DNA of 32,000 bases from Polynucleobacter necessarius (lineage in GTDB: Bacteria > Pseudomonadota > Gammaproteobacteria > Burkholderiales > Burkholderiaceae). The position numbers and the translations under genes were made by a program. Location: NCBI RefSeq assembly GCF_900095195.1, contig NZ_LT606950.1:60001-92000 (forward strand). Reading direction: 5' to 3'. The notes beneath the pieces are model-generated. The model ran no database searches and was not told the origin of the DNA. It saw nothing but the letters and a program-made list of their open reading frames with translations. Positions 9,962-20,621 of this stretch are shown here, piece after piece; the stretch's first letter is position 1, and each line of letters starts with the position of its first letter.

Positions 9962-11228
9962 AGTGAATTTCTCCTAATGCGCGTTCAATGAGACGCTGTT
10001 TAACAAAATGACTTTTGTTTACTAGACCGAGACCCCAATTACGTAAATGTTTTTCTGTGCTGCTTGTTCCAGAAAATAACTTCTTGAGCTTATCAGTAAC
10101 CCATAAAAGCGCACTCGTATCTCCTTGCCGCTGGCGTTCATAGCGGCGTAACAAGGTCAGATCGTTCAAGGAGCGAAAGGATTCTCGTTTACTGTAGATG
10201 TTGAGTAACATAGCAACATCTCGTAATCCTAAGTTCAATCCTTGGCCTGCTAATGGGTGCATGACATGAGCGGCATCCCCAATTAATACAACTTTAGGAG
10301 TTGCCTCAGGGCCAATGAACCGCTCAGCGCGGATTCTTCTCAATGGAAAGGCAGTTGGGGTGGAATTGAGCGTTAACTCACCGAGCTGTTTTGCAATGGA
10401 GCCTTCAGCAACCGTAGCGAAACGTTCAAGCCATTCGGATGGATTGAGTTTTAATAAGTTTGCTGCATATTCTGGAGAGGTAGACCAGACCATCGAAACT
10501 TGTTTGTTTGGCAATGGCAAAATAGCAACGATATCGCCCCCAGGAAGGAACCACTGAAAAGCAGTTTCAAGGTGAGGGTAGGTACAAATCCAATTGGCTA
10601 CAACAGCGCTTTGTGAATAACTTTCTTCGCTCGCTGCAATGCCGATCTTCGAACGAATGGGTGAGTTTGCGCCATCCGCTGCAATAACAAGTTGCGAGCG
10701 AATGATGGTGCCGCTCTTAAGGTGCAAAGTAGTGCCATCGGCATCCACTGCTATTTTTTCTACAGCATCAGGAAGTCGCTCTAATTTGTTTTGAAAGCGC
10801 GAGGCTTGATCAAGCGTATGCTCAATTAAATTGGATTCACCGATCCAAGCCAATTGTGGCGCGCCTGCTTCAAAAGCAGAGAGATGAAGTTGATCGTTTT
10901 TCTCGGCCCGATCACCGAAGATGCGCATATCCCGCACAACTTGTAGGCGACTATGATCCAAAGCATCCCAAATCTGTAAGTGGGCTAAAAGCTTTTGGGT
11001 ACTTGGTGAAAAGGCATAAATTCGCTGACCCCATTGATGGCCCTGTGGGTTCGGGACGGTCTGACTGAGGTCAGGGGCGATTTCGAGGGTTTGGATGCCC
11101 AGTTGCGCCATCCCTAAGGCGCAAGCCTTTCCAGCAATGCCTCCACCGACCACCACCACATCAACGGAGCGAATTTGAGGGGGATTAGTAGGCTTTTTGC
11201 CCGCTTGATTTTGGTGTGATTCTGTCAT
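9954..11228 (-). CDS. UbiH/UbiF/VisC/COQ6-family FAD-dependent ubiquinone-biosynthesis hydroxylase
   Basis: 424 aa with the FAD fingerprint VDVVVVGGGIAGKACA and the second motif GDAAHVMHPLAGQGLNLGLRD. It overlaps dsbC by 8 nt. Confidence 0.85.
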   Translation of the reverse strand: MTESHQNQAGKKPTNPPQIRSVDVVVVGGGIAGKACALGMAQLGIQTLEIAPDLSQTVPNPQGHQWGQRIYAFSPSTQKLLAHLQIWDALDHSRLQVVRDMRIFGDRAEKNDQLHLSAFEAGAPQLAWIGESNLIEHTLDQASRFQNKLERLPDAVEKIAVDADGTTLHLKSGTIIRSQLVIAADGANSPIRSKIGIAASEESYSQSAVVANWICTYPHLETAFQWFLPGGDIVAILPLPNKQVSMVWSTSPEYAANLLKLNPSEWLERFATVAEGSIAKQLGELTLNSTPTAFPLRRIRAERFIGPEATPKVVLIGDAAHVMHPLAGQGLNLGLRDVAMLLNIYSKRESFRSLNDLTLLRRYERQRQGDTSALLWVTDKLKKLFSGTSSTEKHLRNWGLGLVNKSHFVKQRLIERALGEIHFD

Positions 11229-11268
11229 AACTCGATGATATCGAAACTAGCCCCTTTACAATAAGGCC

Positions 11269-12363
11269 ATGTCTTTGAAATGTGGCATCGTCGGCCTGCC
11301 TAATGTCGGCAAATCTACCCTCTTTAATGCGCTTACCAAGGCTGGAATCGCAGCGGAAAATTACCCTTTCTGCACGATTGAACCCAATGTAGGCGTTGTT
11401 GAGGTTCCTGACCCTCGTCTAGCCGCTTTGGCTGAGATCGTAAAGCCTGAGCGCATTCTGCCTGCTGCCGTCGAGTTCGTCGATATTGCAGGTTTGGTGG
11501 CTGGCGCTTCCAAGGGTGAAGGTCTTGGCAACCGGTTTTTAGCCAATATTCGGGAAGCTGACGCAATTACTCATGTGGTGCGCTGTTTTGAGGATCCGAA
11601 TGTTGTGCACGCAGCCGGTAATGTTGACCCGATCGCCGATATTGGCGTGATTGATACTGAGCTGGCATTATCCGATTTAGCTACTGTAGAAAAAACACTG
11701 GCTCGCTCCAGTAAGGCTGCTAAATCTGGTAACGATAAAGAGGCTGCAGCATTGGTTGCTGTTTTGACAAAAGTTCAAGCGCATTTAGATTCCGCGCAAC
11801 CAGTTCGAAGCTTGGATTTGAGTGATGATGAAAAATTGCTGATTAAGCCTCTTTGTTTAATCACGGATAAGCCAGCGATGTATGTAGCGAATGTCAAAGA
11901 GGATGGATTTGAAAATAACCCCCATCTTGAAGCTGTAAAGCAACATGCCGCTAAAGAAAAAGCTCCTGTTGTTGCAGTCTGTGCAGCGATTGAAGCCGAA
12001 ATTGCCGATTTAGAGGATGCTGATAAAGCGGAGTTCCTGGCGGACCTGGGAATGAATGAGCCAGGCCTGGATCGCGTCATTCGTGCTGGTTATGCTTTAT
12101 TGGGCTTGCATACCTATTTCACGGCGGGCGTTAAAGAAGTGCGTGCATGGACTATTCACCAAGGCGATACTGCCCCGCAAGCGGCAGGAGTTATTCATAC
12201 CGATTTCGAGCGGGGTTTTATTCGTGCACAGATAATTGCTTACGATGACTTTATTCAATACAAAGGGGAGTCCGGTGCTAAAGAGGCGGGTAAGATGCGT
12301 GCCGAGGGTAAAGAGTATGCTGTGAAAGATGGCGACGTGTTGAATTTCTTATTTAATGTTTGA
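11269..12363 (+). CDS. ychF: Redox-regulated ribosome-associated ATPase YchF
   Basis: 364 aa with the P-loop [18 protein letters not shown], the G3 motif VDIAGLV and the C-terminal TGS-like domain (..[13 protein letters not shown]..). Confidence 0.95.
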   Translation: MSLKCGIVGLPNVGKSTLFNALTKAGIAAENYPFCTIEPNVGVVEVPDPRLAALAEIVKPERILPAAVEFVDIAGLVAGASKGEGLGNRFLANIREADAITHVVRCFEDPNVVHAAGNVDPIADIGVIDTELALSDLATVEKTLARSSKAAKSGNDKEAAALVAVLTKVQAHLDSAQPVRSLDLSDDEKLLIKPLCLITDKPAMYVANVKEDGFENNPHLEAVKQHAAKEKAPVVAVCAAIEAEIADLEDADKAEFLADLGMNEPGLDRVIRAGYALLGLHTYFTAGVKEVRAWTIHQGDTAPQAAGVIHTDFERGFIRAQIIAYDDFIQYKGESGAKEAGKMRAEGKEYAVKDGDVLNFLFNV

Positions 12364-12390
12364 TTTTCTTTAGAGATCAATGCGTCAATA

Positions 12391-12418
12391 AAAAAGCCCT
12401 GAATACAGGGCTTTTTTC
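12391..12418. terminator. Bidirectional rho-independent terminator between convergent ychF and the HTH gene
   Basis: The sequence is AAAAA-GCCCTG-AATA-CAGGGC-TTTTTT. It forms a perfect 6-bp GC-rich stem (12396-12401 / 12406-12411) with a 4-nt loop, flanked by an A-run and a T-run. Confidence 0.7.
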
Positions 12419-12424
12419 TATGCT

Positions 12425-12781
12425 TCAGAAGGTGATCTCAGGCTGATCAAGAGCCTTCTCTAAGCATTTTGAAATCTCGTCGTTACGTTTAATGGCAAGC
12501 TTGGTGGGATGCACTTTTTTCGACCATCCGCATTGGTTGCCATTGATATAGCCCATAGCGCTAAGATTTTTCAGGCGACCGTGTAGCGTAGCCTGTGAGC
12601 CAAGCGCACTTAATGAAATGAGGTCACCTACCAAGATGGCTTGCTTTGCATGGGCAGAGGCAATGATTTTGTTTAGAAGACTTTCTTCGATGCAATCGAG
12701 CTTTTTACCTGGATTGGTTCGGTCAAGCGCATCAATCAGGTTTAAAAACCGCAGATAGGGGGACTGCTTGGTAATTGCCAT
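12425..12781 (-). CDS. Small winged-helix (MarR-like) DNA-binding protein, function unknown
   Basis: Intact 118-aa ORF. The segment VGDLISLSALGSQATLHGRLKNLSAMGYI reads like an HTH recognition unit followed by a wing (..SKKVHPTK..). This is pattern recognition only. Confidence 0.45.
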   Translation of the reverse strand: MAITKQSPYLRFLNLIDALDRTNPGKKLDCIEESLLNKIIASAHAKQAILVGDLISLSALGSQATLHGRLKNLSAMGYINGNQCGWSKKVHPTKLAIKRNDEISKCLEKALDQPEITF

Positions 12782-12913
12782 TTATATTATTTGTAATATT
12801 TTTTTAATTAAATCCCAGTCAAGAAACTTAGACTTTGAGCTTAACAGTTTAATGTGCATAACTATTTGAAACAATTGATTCTAGTCAACAAAAAATAATC
12901 CATACTCCAGGTA

Positions 12914-13510
12914 ATGATAAGAAATTTTGGAAATCTTCGCATTGGGCTGATTGGTATTTTAATTAGCGCCATTTCATATGCCACACTTTTTTATCTGAAC
13001 GCATGGTTAACAAGTGAATTTAGTTTTGGCATTGGCGTTAATTAGATCTATTTGCCTGCAGGCTTACGTCTCTTTTTGACGCTCATATTTGGATTATCGG
13101 GAGCGTGTGGAATTGCCATTGCTTCATTTTTAATTAGTTATTTTGGCGAACTACCGCCAGATTTAACGCTATGCATCGGCACGGGTTTGATTTCTGGGTT
13201 TGCGCCATACCTGGCCAGATTTGTTGTATTTCAAAACATCAAGCTCGATTCCGATTTAAGTAATCTGAGTTTACCAAAGCTATTGATCTGCATTTTGATT
13301 TATCCGCTACTAAGCTCAGGACTACATCAGTTTTGGTATGCGGTTACTGAGCTTGAAAATAGTGGAACTGTGAATCACTTTTTAGTCATGTTTATCGGCG
13401 ACGTGTTGAGATCTTTACTACTAATAATCTCGCTGATTAAAAGTATTCTAGATGGCTTGAAAAGGCTGGGAAAGCTTCATTCCCAGCGAGATTTTAAGAG
13501 AGATTTATGA
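12914..13510 (+). pseudogene. Small polytopic membrane protein of unknown function interrupted by an in-frame TAG
   Basis: The ATG at 12914 opens a frame reading MIRNFGNLRIGLIGILISAISYATLFYLNAWLTSEFSFGIGVN. A TAG at 13043-13045 follows. The same frame then continues as IYLPAGLRLFLTLIFG..., which is listed ORF 13052-13510. The upstream part encodes a plausible TM helix, so a TGG->TAG nonsense change is more likely than an unrelated upstream frame. Confidence 0.5.
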
Positions 13511-14308
13511 AAATAAATGGCCGAGTGCTGCGCCAGGATCTGCTGAACGCATAAACGCCTCGCCGACTAAAAATGCATTGACTTGATTGTCTCGCATCAA
13601 TTGAACATCTGCTCTACTCAGGATGCCGGACTCAGTGACTAAGGTTTTTGTTTCGGGAACAGAAGATAAAAGCGAGAGTGTCGTTTTAAGCGTAACCTCA
13701 AAGGTCTTCAAGTTGCGATTATTGATTCCAAGTAGCGGAGTTTTCAGTTCAAGAGCCTGCTCCAGCTCGGCGGCATTATGTACCTCTACTAATACATCTA
13801 GACCCAAGTCATTGGCGCATGCTTCCAGATCTTTCATTTGATTGAGTTCAAGGCAGGCTACGATCAGCAAAATAGCATCTGCACTTATCGCACGCGCTTC
13901 ATAAACTTGGTATGGATCGATAGTGAAGTCTTTTCGTAAAACTGGAATATGACAGGCAGCCCGAGCTTCTTCAAGATAGGCATTAGATCCCTGAAAGTAC
14001 TCAACATCGGTTAATACCGATAAACATGCGGCACCATATTTTTCATAGGACTTGGCAATATCTGCTGGAATAAAGTTTTCCCGCAAAATTCCTTTGCTTG
14101 GGCTGGCCTTCTTGATTTCGGTAATGCCTCCAGCGCTGCCTGCAGCAATTTTTTGCTCGATTGAACGAATAAATCCCCGAGGTTTTAAGGTGGCGTCTTG
14201 GTTATTGGATTCCGCTCTCTCACGTTGGTTTGCTAGTGAGATTTGCTTTACATCTCTGGCAATCTCCATCTTTTTGGTTGCAACAATTTTTTGAAGAATA
14301 TTGCTCAT
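13505..14308 (-). CDS. trpC: Indole-3-glycerol-phosphate synthase
   Basis: 267 aa with [26 protein letters not shown] and [10 protein letters not shown], all typical of TrpC. Confidence 0.95.
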   Translation of the reverse strand: MSNILQKIVATKKMEIARDVKQISLANQRERAESNNQDATLKPRGFIRSIEQKIAAGSAGGITEIKKASPSKGILRENFIPADIAKSYEKYGAACLSVLTDVEYFQGSNAYLEEARAACHIPVLRKDFTIDPYQVYEARAISADAILLIVACLELNQMKDLEACANDLGLDVLVEVHNAAELEQALELKTPLLGINNRNLKTFEVTLKTTLSLLSSVPETKTLVTESGILSRADVQLMRDNQVNAFLVGEAFMRSADPGAALGHLFS

Positions 14309-14318
14309 GAGCAGAAGT

Positions 14319-15344
14319 TTATTCTGACTGGGTTGCCGCTACAAAAGCATCCAGTTTTTGACGGGCAGCTCCGGATGCAATCGCTGCCTTTGCCATCGTG
14401 ATGCCGCTGGCAATGTCTGAGGCTACTCCGGCAACATAAAGTGTTGCGCCTGCATTTAAGCAAACGATATCGCTCGCTGGACCAAGTTTATTGTCAATCA
14501 CATCCAAAACAATTTTTTTAGATTCTTCTGCATTCGCGACTTTAAAACCGTTGGTAGGTGCAGTGTTTAATCCAAAATTGCTCGGGTGAATTTCATACTC
14601 ACGAACGGCGCCATCTATGAGTTCGCCAACTAAGGTGGGGCCTTCGAGTGAAATTTCATCGAGACCATCGCGACCGTAGACGACTAGAGCATGATTCATC
14701 CCCAGTGCTTGCAAGACGCGTGCCTGAATACCAACCAGATCCGGATGAAACACGCCCATCAAAATACGTTTCGCATTTGCTGGGTTAGTTAATGGACCCA
14801 AAATATTGAAAATCGTACGTACACCTAATTGTTTACGAATCGGCACTACATTTTTCATGGCGGGATGGTGGTTCGGTGCGAACATAAAACCGGCACCAAT
14901 CTTCGAAACGCACTCGGCAACCCGGTCTGCATTGAGGGCAAGATTTACGCCAAGCGCTTCAAGTACATCAGCGCTGCCAGATTTGCTGCTGACACTGCGG
15001 TTGCCGTGTTTGGCGATCTTAGCGCCAGCTGCTGCTGCCACAAACATAGCGGCAGTAGAAATATTGAAGGTATGGGCACCATCGCCGCCAGTGCCCACGA
15101 CGTCTACAAGATGGGTGCGATCTTTGACATCGACCGCGGTAGCAAACTCACGCATGACTTGAGCTGCTGCGGCGATTTCACCAACAGTCTCTTTTTTAGT
15201 CCGAAGCGCTACTAATAATCCAGCAACAAGCTCAGTGGATATTTCACCGCTCATGATGAGGCGCATCATCGTCGTCATTTCGTCATGGAAAAGCTCGCGA
15301 TGTTCAATGCATCGTTGTAGTGCTTCTTGAGGAGTAATTGCCAT
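14319..15344 (-). CDS. trpD: Anthranilate phosphoribosyltransferase
   Basis: The motifs [18 protein letters not shown] and [18 protein letters not shown] identify TrpD. I chose the ATG at 15344 ([10 protein letters not shown]...), giving 341 aa, because the longer listed ORF (to 15479) runs into trpG. Confidence 0.9.
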   Translation of the reverse strand: MAITPQEALQRCIEHRELFHDEMTTMMRLIMSGEISTELVAGLLVALRTKKETVGEIAAAAQVMREFATAVDVKDRTHLVDVVGTGGDGAHTFNISTAAMFVAAAAGAKIAKHGNRSVSSKSGSADVLEALGVNLALNADRVAECVSKIGAGFMFAPNHHPAMKNVVPIRKQLGVRTIFNILGPLTNPANAKRILMGVFHPDLVGIQARVLQALGMNHALVVYGRDGLDEISLEGPTLVGELIDGAVREYEIHPSNFGLNTAPTNGFKVANAEESKKIVLDVIDNKLGPASDIVCLNAGATLYVAGVASDIASGITMAKAAIASGAARQKLDAFVAATQSE

Positions 15345-15360
15345 AGCGTATTGAAATGAT

Positions 15361-15927
15361 TTATTTGCTTTGTAGGAAGTTCTTGAGCAGGGCATGACTA
15401 TGCTCGGACAGTATTGATTCAGGGTGGAATTGCACGCCCTCAACAGCAAGCTCCTTGTGGCGTACACCCATGATTTCACCCTCAGAAGAGGTAGCTGTAA
15501 TCTCTAAACAAGCAGGCATGGTTGCTTTTTCGATAGCCAGGGAGTGATAACGCGGCGCTTTAAATGGGTCTGGCAAGTTTTTGAATACACCTACTCCAGT
15601 GTGATGAATGCTGTCAGTTTTGCCATGCATCACTTTTTGAGCTCGTACGAGCTTACCTCCAAATGCCTCACCAATTGCTTGGTGCCCAAGGCAAACACCT
15701 AAGATGGGAATTTTTCCTGCATAGTGCTTGATGGTTTCGACAGAAATCCCTGCTTCTGTTGGGTTGCAAGGACCAGGTGAAATGCAAATACGCGCTGGAT
15801 TCAATCTGGCGATGTCACCCACTGAAATTTCGTCATTACGAAATACCTTGACGTCCTCGCCTAGCTCAGCAAAGTATTGAACGAGGTTATAGGTAAAAGA
15901 ATCGTAGTTATCAATCATTAGGAGCAT
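15361..15927 (-). CDS. trpG: Anthranilate synthase component II (glutamine amidotransferase; TrpG/PabA type)
   Basis: 188 aa with [15 protein letters not shown] and the class-I GATase triad context (GVCLGHQ, QFHPES). Confidence 0.9.
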   Translation of the reverse strand: MLLMIDNYDSFTYNLVQYFAELGEDVKVFRNDEISVGDIARLNPARICISPGPCNPTEAGISVETIKHYAGKIPILGVCLGHQAIGEAFGGKLVRAQKVMHGKTDSIHHTGVGVFKNLPDPFKAPRYHSLAIEKATMPACLEITATSSEGEIMGVRHKELAVEGVQFHPESILSEHSHALLKNFLQSK

Positions 15928-17416
15928 CGAGTCCTCCTTGTACTAAATCTGCTGCCGTTAAAACTGCGCGTGCTTTAGCTTCAGTTTCTTTCCATTCGGT
16001 GGTTGGATCCGAATCGGCTACTACACCAGCACCTGCCTGGGAGTGCAGCATACCCTCACGAATCACCCCGGTACGAATGGCGATTGCCACATCTATATCG
16101 CCTGAGAATGAAAGATAGCCAACTGCACCGCCATAAACGCCACGTTTCACAATTTCCATCTCATCAATGATTTCCATGGCGCGAATTTTTGGGGCGCCAG
16201 ACAAAGTGCCCGCAGGAAAGGTTGCGCGCAATACGTCCATATTGCTCATGCCGTCTAAGAGGTCACCCTCGACTGAGCTCACAATGTGTTGTACGTGAGA
16301 ATATTTTTCAATCGACATGGAGTCAGTTACCTTAACTGATCCAGTTTTCGCAATGCGACCCACATCATTGCGGGCCAAGTCGATGAGCATGACGTGCTCA
16401 GCAATTTCTTTTGGATCCGCCAGTAGTTCTTTTGCAAGGCGCTCATCTTCCTTTGGGTTGGCACCGCGAGGGCGGGTGCCGGCCAATGGGCGAATTGTCA
16501 CAATTTTTTCTGCCGCACGTTTTTCTTGGCGAACCAAGATTTCTGGGGAAGATCCTACGATTTGCATATCGCCAAAGTCATAGAAATACATGTATGGCGA
16601 CGGATTTAGCGAGCGTAATGCGCGATAGAGTGCAAGTGGAGAATCGGTAAAGGGTTTACTAATGCGCTGGCCAATAACAACCTGCATGCAGTCGCCGGCC
16701 AAAATGTATTCTTTGGTTTTGCGAACCGCATTTTCAAAATCAGCCGCATTAAATTTACGGATTAATTCAGTCTTAGAGCTTGCTAATGAAGGTGGCATAG
16801 CCACTTGTTGATTCAGACAGGCCAGTAGTTCCTTTAGGCGAGCTTGGGATTTTTCAAAGCTATCTGAGACATTGGGATCGGCATAAATAATGAAATAAAT
16901 TTTGCCGGCAACATTGTCAATCACTGCCAACTCTTCAGTGAGCATGAGTTGAATATCGGGCACGCCTAATTCATCTGGTAGATCGTGTTTAGCTAGGCGA
17001 GACTCAATATAGCGCACGGTGTCATAGCCAAAATAACCAGCGAGGCCACCGCAAAATCGTGGAAGACCAGTTTGCACTGCCACCTTAAAGCGCTTGAAAT
17101 AGGCATCTACAAAATCCAGTGGATTGTCAGTATTGGTTTCGACGACATTGCCTTCAGTCACTACTTCATTGACTGGTTTGGTGGGAGCGCCTACGGTGCG
17201 AATGATGGTCTTGGCAGGAAGACCAATAAACGAGAAGCGACCAAAACGCTCTCCTCCTAAAACGGACTCCAACAAATACGTATTTTTTTTGCCAAATGCC
17301 TGACTCAATTTCACATAAAGCGAGAGAGGAGTCTCGAGATCCGCTAAGACGTCTTTCACGAGAGGAATGCGATTGAAACCCTGCTTTGCTAGGGCGTTAA
17401 ATTCTTCACGCAACAT
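15911..17416 (-). CDS. trpE: Anthranilate synthase component I
   Basis: 501 aa with the [17 protein letters not shown] regulatory region and the chorismate-binding C-terminus ([21 protein letters not shown]). It overlaps trpG by 17 nt. Confidence 0.95.
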   Translation of the reverse strand: MLREEFNALAKQGFNRIPLVKDVLADLETPLSLYVKLSQAFGKKNTYLLESVLGGERFGRFSFIGLPAKTIIRTVGAPTKPVNEVVTEGNVVETNTDNPLDFVDAYFKRFKVAVQTGLPRFCGGLAGYFGYDTVRYIESRLAKHDLPDELGVPDIQLMLTEELAVIDNVAGKIYFIIYADPNVSDSFEKSQARLKELLACLNQQVAMPPSLASSKTELIRKFNAADFENAVRKTKEYILAGDCMQVVIGQRISKPFTDSPLALYRALRSLNPSPYMYFYDFGDMQIVGSSPEILVRQEKRAAEKIVTIRPLAGTRPRGANPKEDERLAKELLADPKEIAEHVMLIDLARNDVGRIAKTGSVKVTDSMSIEKYSHVQHIVSSVEGDLLDGMSNMDVLRATFPAGTLSGAPKIRAMEIIDEMEIVKRGVYGGAVGYLSFSGDIDVAIAIRTGVIREGMLHSQAGAGVVADSDPTTEWKETEAKARAVLTAADLVQGGLDAPND

Positions 17417-18141
17417 CAGGCTTTTCCTAGCTTTCCTAATTCAGAGCGCATCGCCTCAATCACTTGTGCGTAATTGTCTTGTCCAAAAATGGCAGAGCCG
17501 GCAACAAAGGTATCTGCACCCGCTTTTGCAACTTGAGCAATGTTATCGACCTTAATACCGCCATCAACTTCCAAACGAATATGGCGTCCAGTTTCGGTGG
17601 CGTAGCGGTCCAATCGATTGCGTACCTGAGCAATTTTTTGCAAAGTGCTTGGGATGAAGAATTGGCCGCCAAAACCAGGGTTGACCGACATGAGCAGCAC
17701 GAGATCAATGAGATCAAGAGTGCGATCAAGATGATCTAAGGGAGTTGCGGGATTGAATACGAGACCTGCTTGACAACCCTGATCGCGAATCAAATTGAGT
17801 GTGCGATTGACGTGGGGGCTAGCTTCCGGGTGGAAGATTATGAGGTTTGCACCCGCTTTTGCAAAATCGGGAACGATGCGGTCAACCGGTTCAATCATTA
17901 AATGAACATCGATTAGCGCTGGCTGACCATTTTTGGTTGCATATGGACGAATAGCCTCACACACTAAAGGGCCAATAGTGAGATTTGGAACGTAATGGTT
18001 GTCCATCACATCAAAGTGAATCCAGTCAGCGCCTGCCAATAAAACGTTTTGTACTTCCTTGCCTAAGCAGGCAAAGTCAGCCGACAAAATAGAAGGGGCA
18101 ATCAGAAATTGACTTTGAGATGGTGTTTTTTGGCTTTCCAT
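17416..18141 (-). CDS. rpe: Ribulose-phosphate 3-epimerase
   Basis: 241 aa with [33 protein letters not shown] and VDGGI. Its stop overlaps the trpE start (TGATG). Confidence 0.95.
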   Translation of the reverse strand: MESQKTPSQSQFLIAPSILSADFACLGKEVQNVLLAGADWIHFDVMDNHYVPNLTIGPLVCEAIRPYATKNGQPALIDVHLMIEPVDRIVPDFAKAGANLIIFHPEASPHVNRTLNLIRDQGCQAGLVFNPATPLDHLDRTLDLIDLVLLMSVNPGFGGQFFIPSTLQKIAQVRNRLDRYATETGRHIRLEVDGGIKVDNIAQVAKAGADTFVAGSAIFGQDNYAQVIEAMRSELGKLGKA

Positions 18142-18172
18142 CCCTAGATTCTAGCTTGCAGTTGGCCTTGGA

Positions 18173-18565
18173 ATGGAGCAGAATTCGAACGTGAACCCCC
18201 ATGAAATCAGTATTACGGTCAAGACTCAGTACCTACCAGACCAATCTGAGCCCGATAATCGTCAATTTGCCTTTGCCTACACGGTCACGATTCGCAATAC
18301 GGGATCAGCCAGTATCCAGCTGATTGCGCGCCATTGGTTCATCACCGATGGGGATAACGACGTGCAAGAGGTTCGAGGTTTGGGGGTCGTAGGCCAGCAG
18401 CCTTTACTGCGCTCAGGCGAGCATTTTGAGTACACCAGTTGGGCCACCTTACCTACGCCTGCAGGGACGATGCGTGGGGAGTATTTTTGCGTTACGGAAG
18501 ATGCTCAGTTCTTTCAGGCCCCAATACCTGAATTTGCTTTAGTAATGCCGCGCACTCTGCACTAA
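18173..18565 (+). CDS. apaG: ApaG (DUF525) protein
   Basis: 130 aa. The sequence FAYTVTIRN.G....QLIARHWFITDG......VRGLGVVGQQP.L..GE.FEYTS matches the ApaG family pattern. Confidence 0.85.
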   Translation: MEQNSNVNPHEISITVKTQYLPDQSEPDNRQFAFAYTVTIRNTGSASIQLIARHWFITDGDNDVQEVRGLGVVGQQPLLRSGEHFEYTSWATLPTPAGTMRGEYFCVTEDAQFFQAPIPEFALVMPRTLH

Positions 18566-18691
18566 CAATCAATCGCTGCTTACTTTTTCCCTTTGCCGGT
18601 CCACAGAACGATGAATAACAACAGTCCTAAGGCAATAGCACCCTCAATGACAAACAGAAGCATTGGGTATTCATCTAGTAAATTAGCAATC

Positions 18692-19822
18692 ATGATTTTT
18701 CAAATTAAATTATTTCAACTAAGTGTATTCGCTATTGTGATTGCTGCTTTAGTTGCGGGTTGCTCTACACCGCTGACTCGAGGAACGGGCTATCGTTCTG
18801 GCGGCTCAGGAGGTGCCCCATCCGCCTATAGTTCTCCCATTGCCAGTTTTAGTGCCGTAAGCTGGCAAGCTTTGCCTGGCTGGCAGGAGGACGATTTATC
18901 GCAAGCATGGCCTGCATGGCTCAAGAGCTGCGATGCGTTACGTAAACGTAGTGGTGAATTGAATTGGCGCCAGGCTTGCGCCCAAGCTAGCAATGTATCA
19001 AGCCGAGACACACCAGCGATGCGACGTTATTTCGAAAGTTACTTTCAGGTCTATGAAATTCGCAATTCGTCTGGGGGTGATAGCGGTCTCATCACAGGGT
19101 ATTACGAGCCTGTGATGAATGGATCGTTGAATCGAACGAGTATCTACAACGTGCCGCTCTATGGTTATCCAAATGCATGGAAAAAATCGAAGCCCAATCC
19201 AGGACCCACGCGAGCCGATTTAATTGGATCAGGAATTTTGAAGGGGTCTGAGATTGCTTGGGTACAAGATCTAGTAGCAGCTGCATTTATGCAAATACAA
19301 GGCTCTGGAAAAATTCGACTGGAAGATGGTCGAGTTATTCGCTTGAGGTTTGCTGGCACTAACGATCAACCTTTTAAATCATTTGCTCAATGGTTATTGG
19401 ATAGAAAAGAAATCACTCGCAGTGAAGCAACCATGCAAGGCATCTCGCAATGGGCAAAACGCAATCCTAAGTGCGTGAATGAAATGCTTAACGCAAACCC
19501 CCGTTTTGTTTTCTTTAAAGAGCTCCCCAGCAATGTGGACGCTGATTTGGGGCCGATTGGTGCATTGGGTGTTCCATTGACGGGTGAGCGAAGTATTGCC
19601 ATTGATCTTCAGGCAATGCCACCTGGAGCCCCCGTTTTTTTGTCAACGACCAAGCCTTTAAGTAGCCAGCCTTTGCAAAAGCTAGTCATGGCACAAGATA
19701 CGGGTAAAGCGATCGTGGGCGGTGTCAGAGCTGACTACTATTGGGGTTCGGGGGATGCCGCTGGAGAAATGGCTGGTCGAATGAAACAAAATGGCAAGAT
19801 GTGGTTATTGTTACCCCGTTAA
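18692..19822 (+). CDS. mltA: Membrane-bound lytic murein transglycosylase A (lipoprotein)
   Basis: MltA-type sequence (ITGYYEP, QGSG.IRL.DG, DTG.AI.G..RADYYWG). I prefer the ATG at 18692 because it yields a lipoprotein signal peptide with the lipobox LVAG-C. The listed ORF starts further upstream at a TTG (18593). Confidence 0.85.
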   Translation: MIFQIKLFQLSVFAIVIAALVAGCSTPLTRGTGYRSGGSGGAPSAYSSPIASFSAVSWQALPGWQEDDLSQAWPAWLKSCDALRKRSGELNWRQACAQASNVSSRDTPAMRRYFESYFQVYEIRNSSGGDSGLITGYYEPVMNGSLNRTSIYNVPLYGYPNAWKKSKPNPGPTRADLIGSGILKGSEIAWVQDLVAAAFMQIQGSGKIRLEDGRVIRLRFAGTNDQPFKSFAQWLLDRKEITRSEATMQGISQWAKRNPKCVNEMLNANPRFVFFKELPSNVDADLGPIGALGVPLTGERSIAIDLQAMPPGAPVFLSTTKPLSSQPLQKLVMAQDTGKAIVGGVRADYYWGSGDAAGEMAGRMKQNGKMWLLLPR

Positions 19823-19847
19823 TAAATATTAACGAAGAGAGTAACTC

Positions 19848-20601
19848 ATGAGTTACAAAACCATATTGACCGATATTGATGGCAAGGTTGCTACGATCAG
19901 AACCGTCCCGAAGTGCTAAATGCACTCAACGATCAATTGATGGACGAGCTTGGTGAAGCGCTGCTTCGTTTTGACGCCGATGACAACATTGGCTGCATTA
20001 TTGTGACTGGCAGCGAAAAGGCATTTGCCGCAGGAGCCGATATTGCTTCTATGGCTAAGCGTGGTTTACAAGACGTGTATCGCCAGGATTTTATTTCGAG
20101 CAACTGGGGGCATCTGCTAAAAGTTCGCAAACCTGTTACGCATTGGGGGGTGGTTGTGAATTAGCAATGATGTGCGACGCCATTATGGCGGCTGATAATG
20201 CAAAATTTGCTCAGCCAGAAATTAAATTAGGAATTATTCCTGATGCTGGGGGTACGCAACGACTACCACGACCCGTATCAAAGGCTAAGGCTATGGATTT
20301 GGCATTGACGGGTCGCATGATGGATGCTGCGGAAGCGGAGCGTTCTGGTTTAGTGGCACGCGTTTTCCCGAAGGCAGATTTATTAAAAGAAGTTAAAGCG
20401 ATCGCCAAGTAGATAGCAGATATGCCTTTGTTAACCACCATGATGGTCAAAGAGGCGGTAAATACAGCTTACGAAACCACACTTTCGCAGGGTATTCATT
20501 TTGAGCGGCGTTTATTCCATACCTGCTTTGGAACGAATGATCAAAAAGAGGGGATGGCTGCGTTTATTGAAAAACTCCCAGCAAAATTTACCAACTCTTG
20601 A
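19848..20601 (+). pseudogene. Enoyl-CoA hydratase (crotonase family), three lesions
   Basis: The ATG at 19848 reads MSYKTILTDIDGKVATI. The frame then slips at ~19897-19901, and NRPEVLNALNDQLMDEL continues in ORF 19913-20164. At ~20136-20139 the conserved stretch between KPV and [14 protein letters not shown] is missing and the frame shifts again into ORF 20143-20412. An in-frame TAG at 20410-20412 is followed in the same frame by [17 protein letters not shown]...[10 protein letters not shown]...*, ending at 20601. Confidence 0.85.
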
Positions 20602-20621
20602 ATACGGGCCTGATTAAAGCG

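Noticed and set aside
14806-15215. Two overlapping + strand ORFs (118 and 128 aa) inside trpD
   Set aside because: They are antisense shadow ORFs within a strongly supported gene. The translations are low-complexity and Ala/Ser/Arg-rich, with no recognisable motif. The same reasoning applies to the other antisense ORFs in the track, including 2069-2515, 3386-3637, 4640-4991, 5063-5278, 10315-10557, 11333-11566, 11775-12080, 16317-16650, 17460-17739, 19092-19602 and 29327-29887.
15345-15479. A 45-codon N-terminal extension of the trpD ORF
   Set aside because: It overlaps the 3' end of trpG and has no TrpD-like sequence. The ATG at 15344 gives the canonical MAITPQEAL... N-terminus.
18593-18691. 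An upstream TTG-initiated extension of mltA
   Set aside because: The extension is hydrophilic and would bury the lipoprotein signal peptide. The ATG at 18692 gives a proper signal sequence and lipobox.
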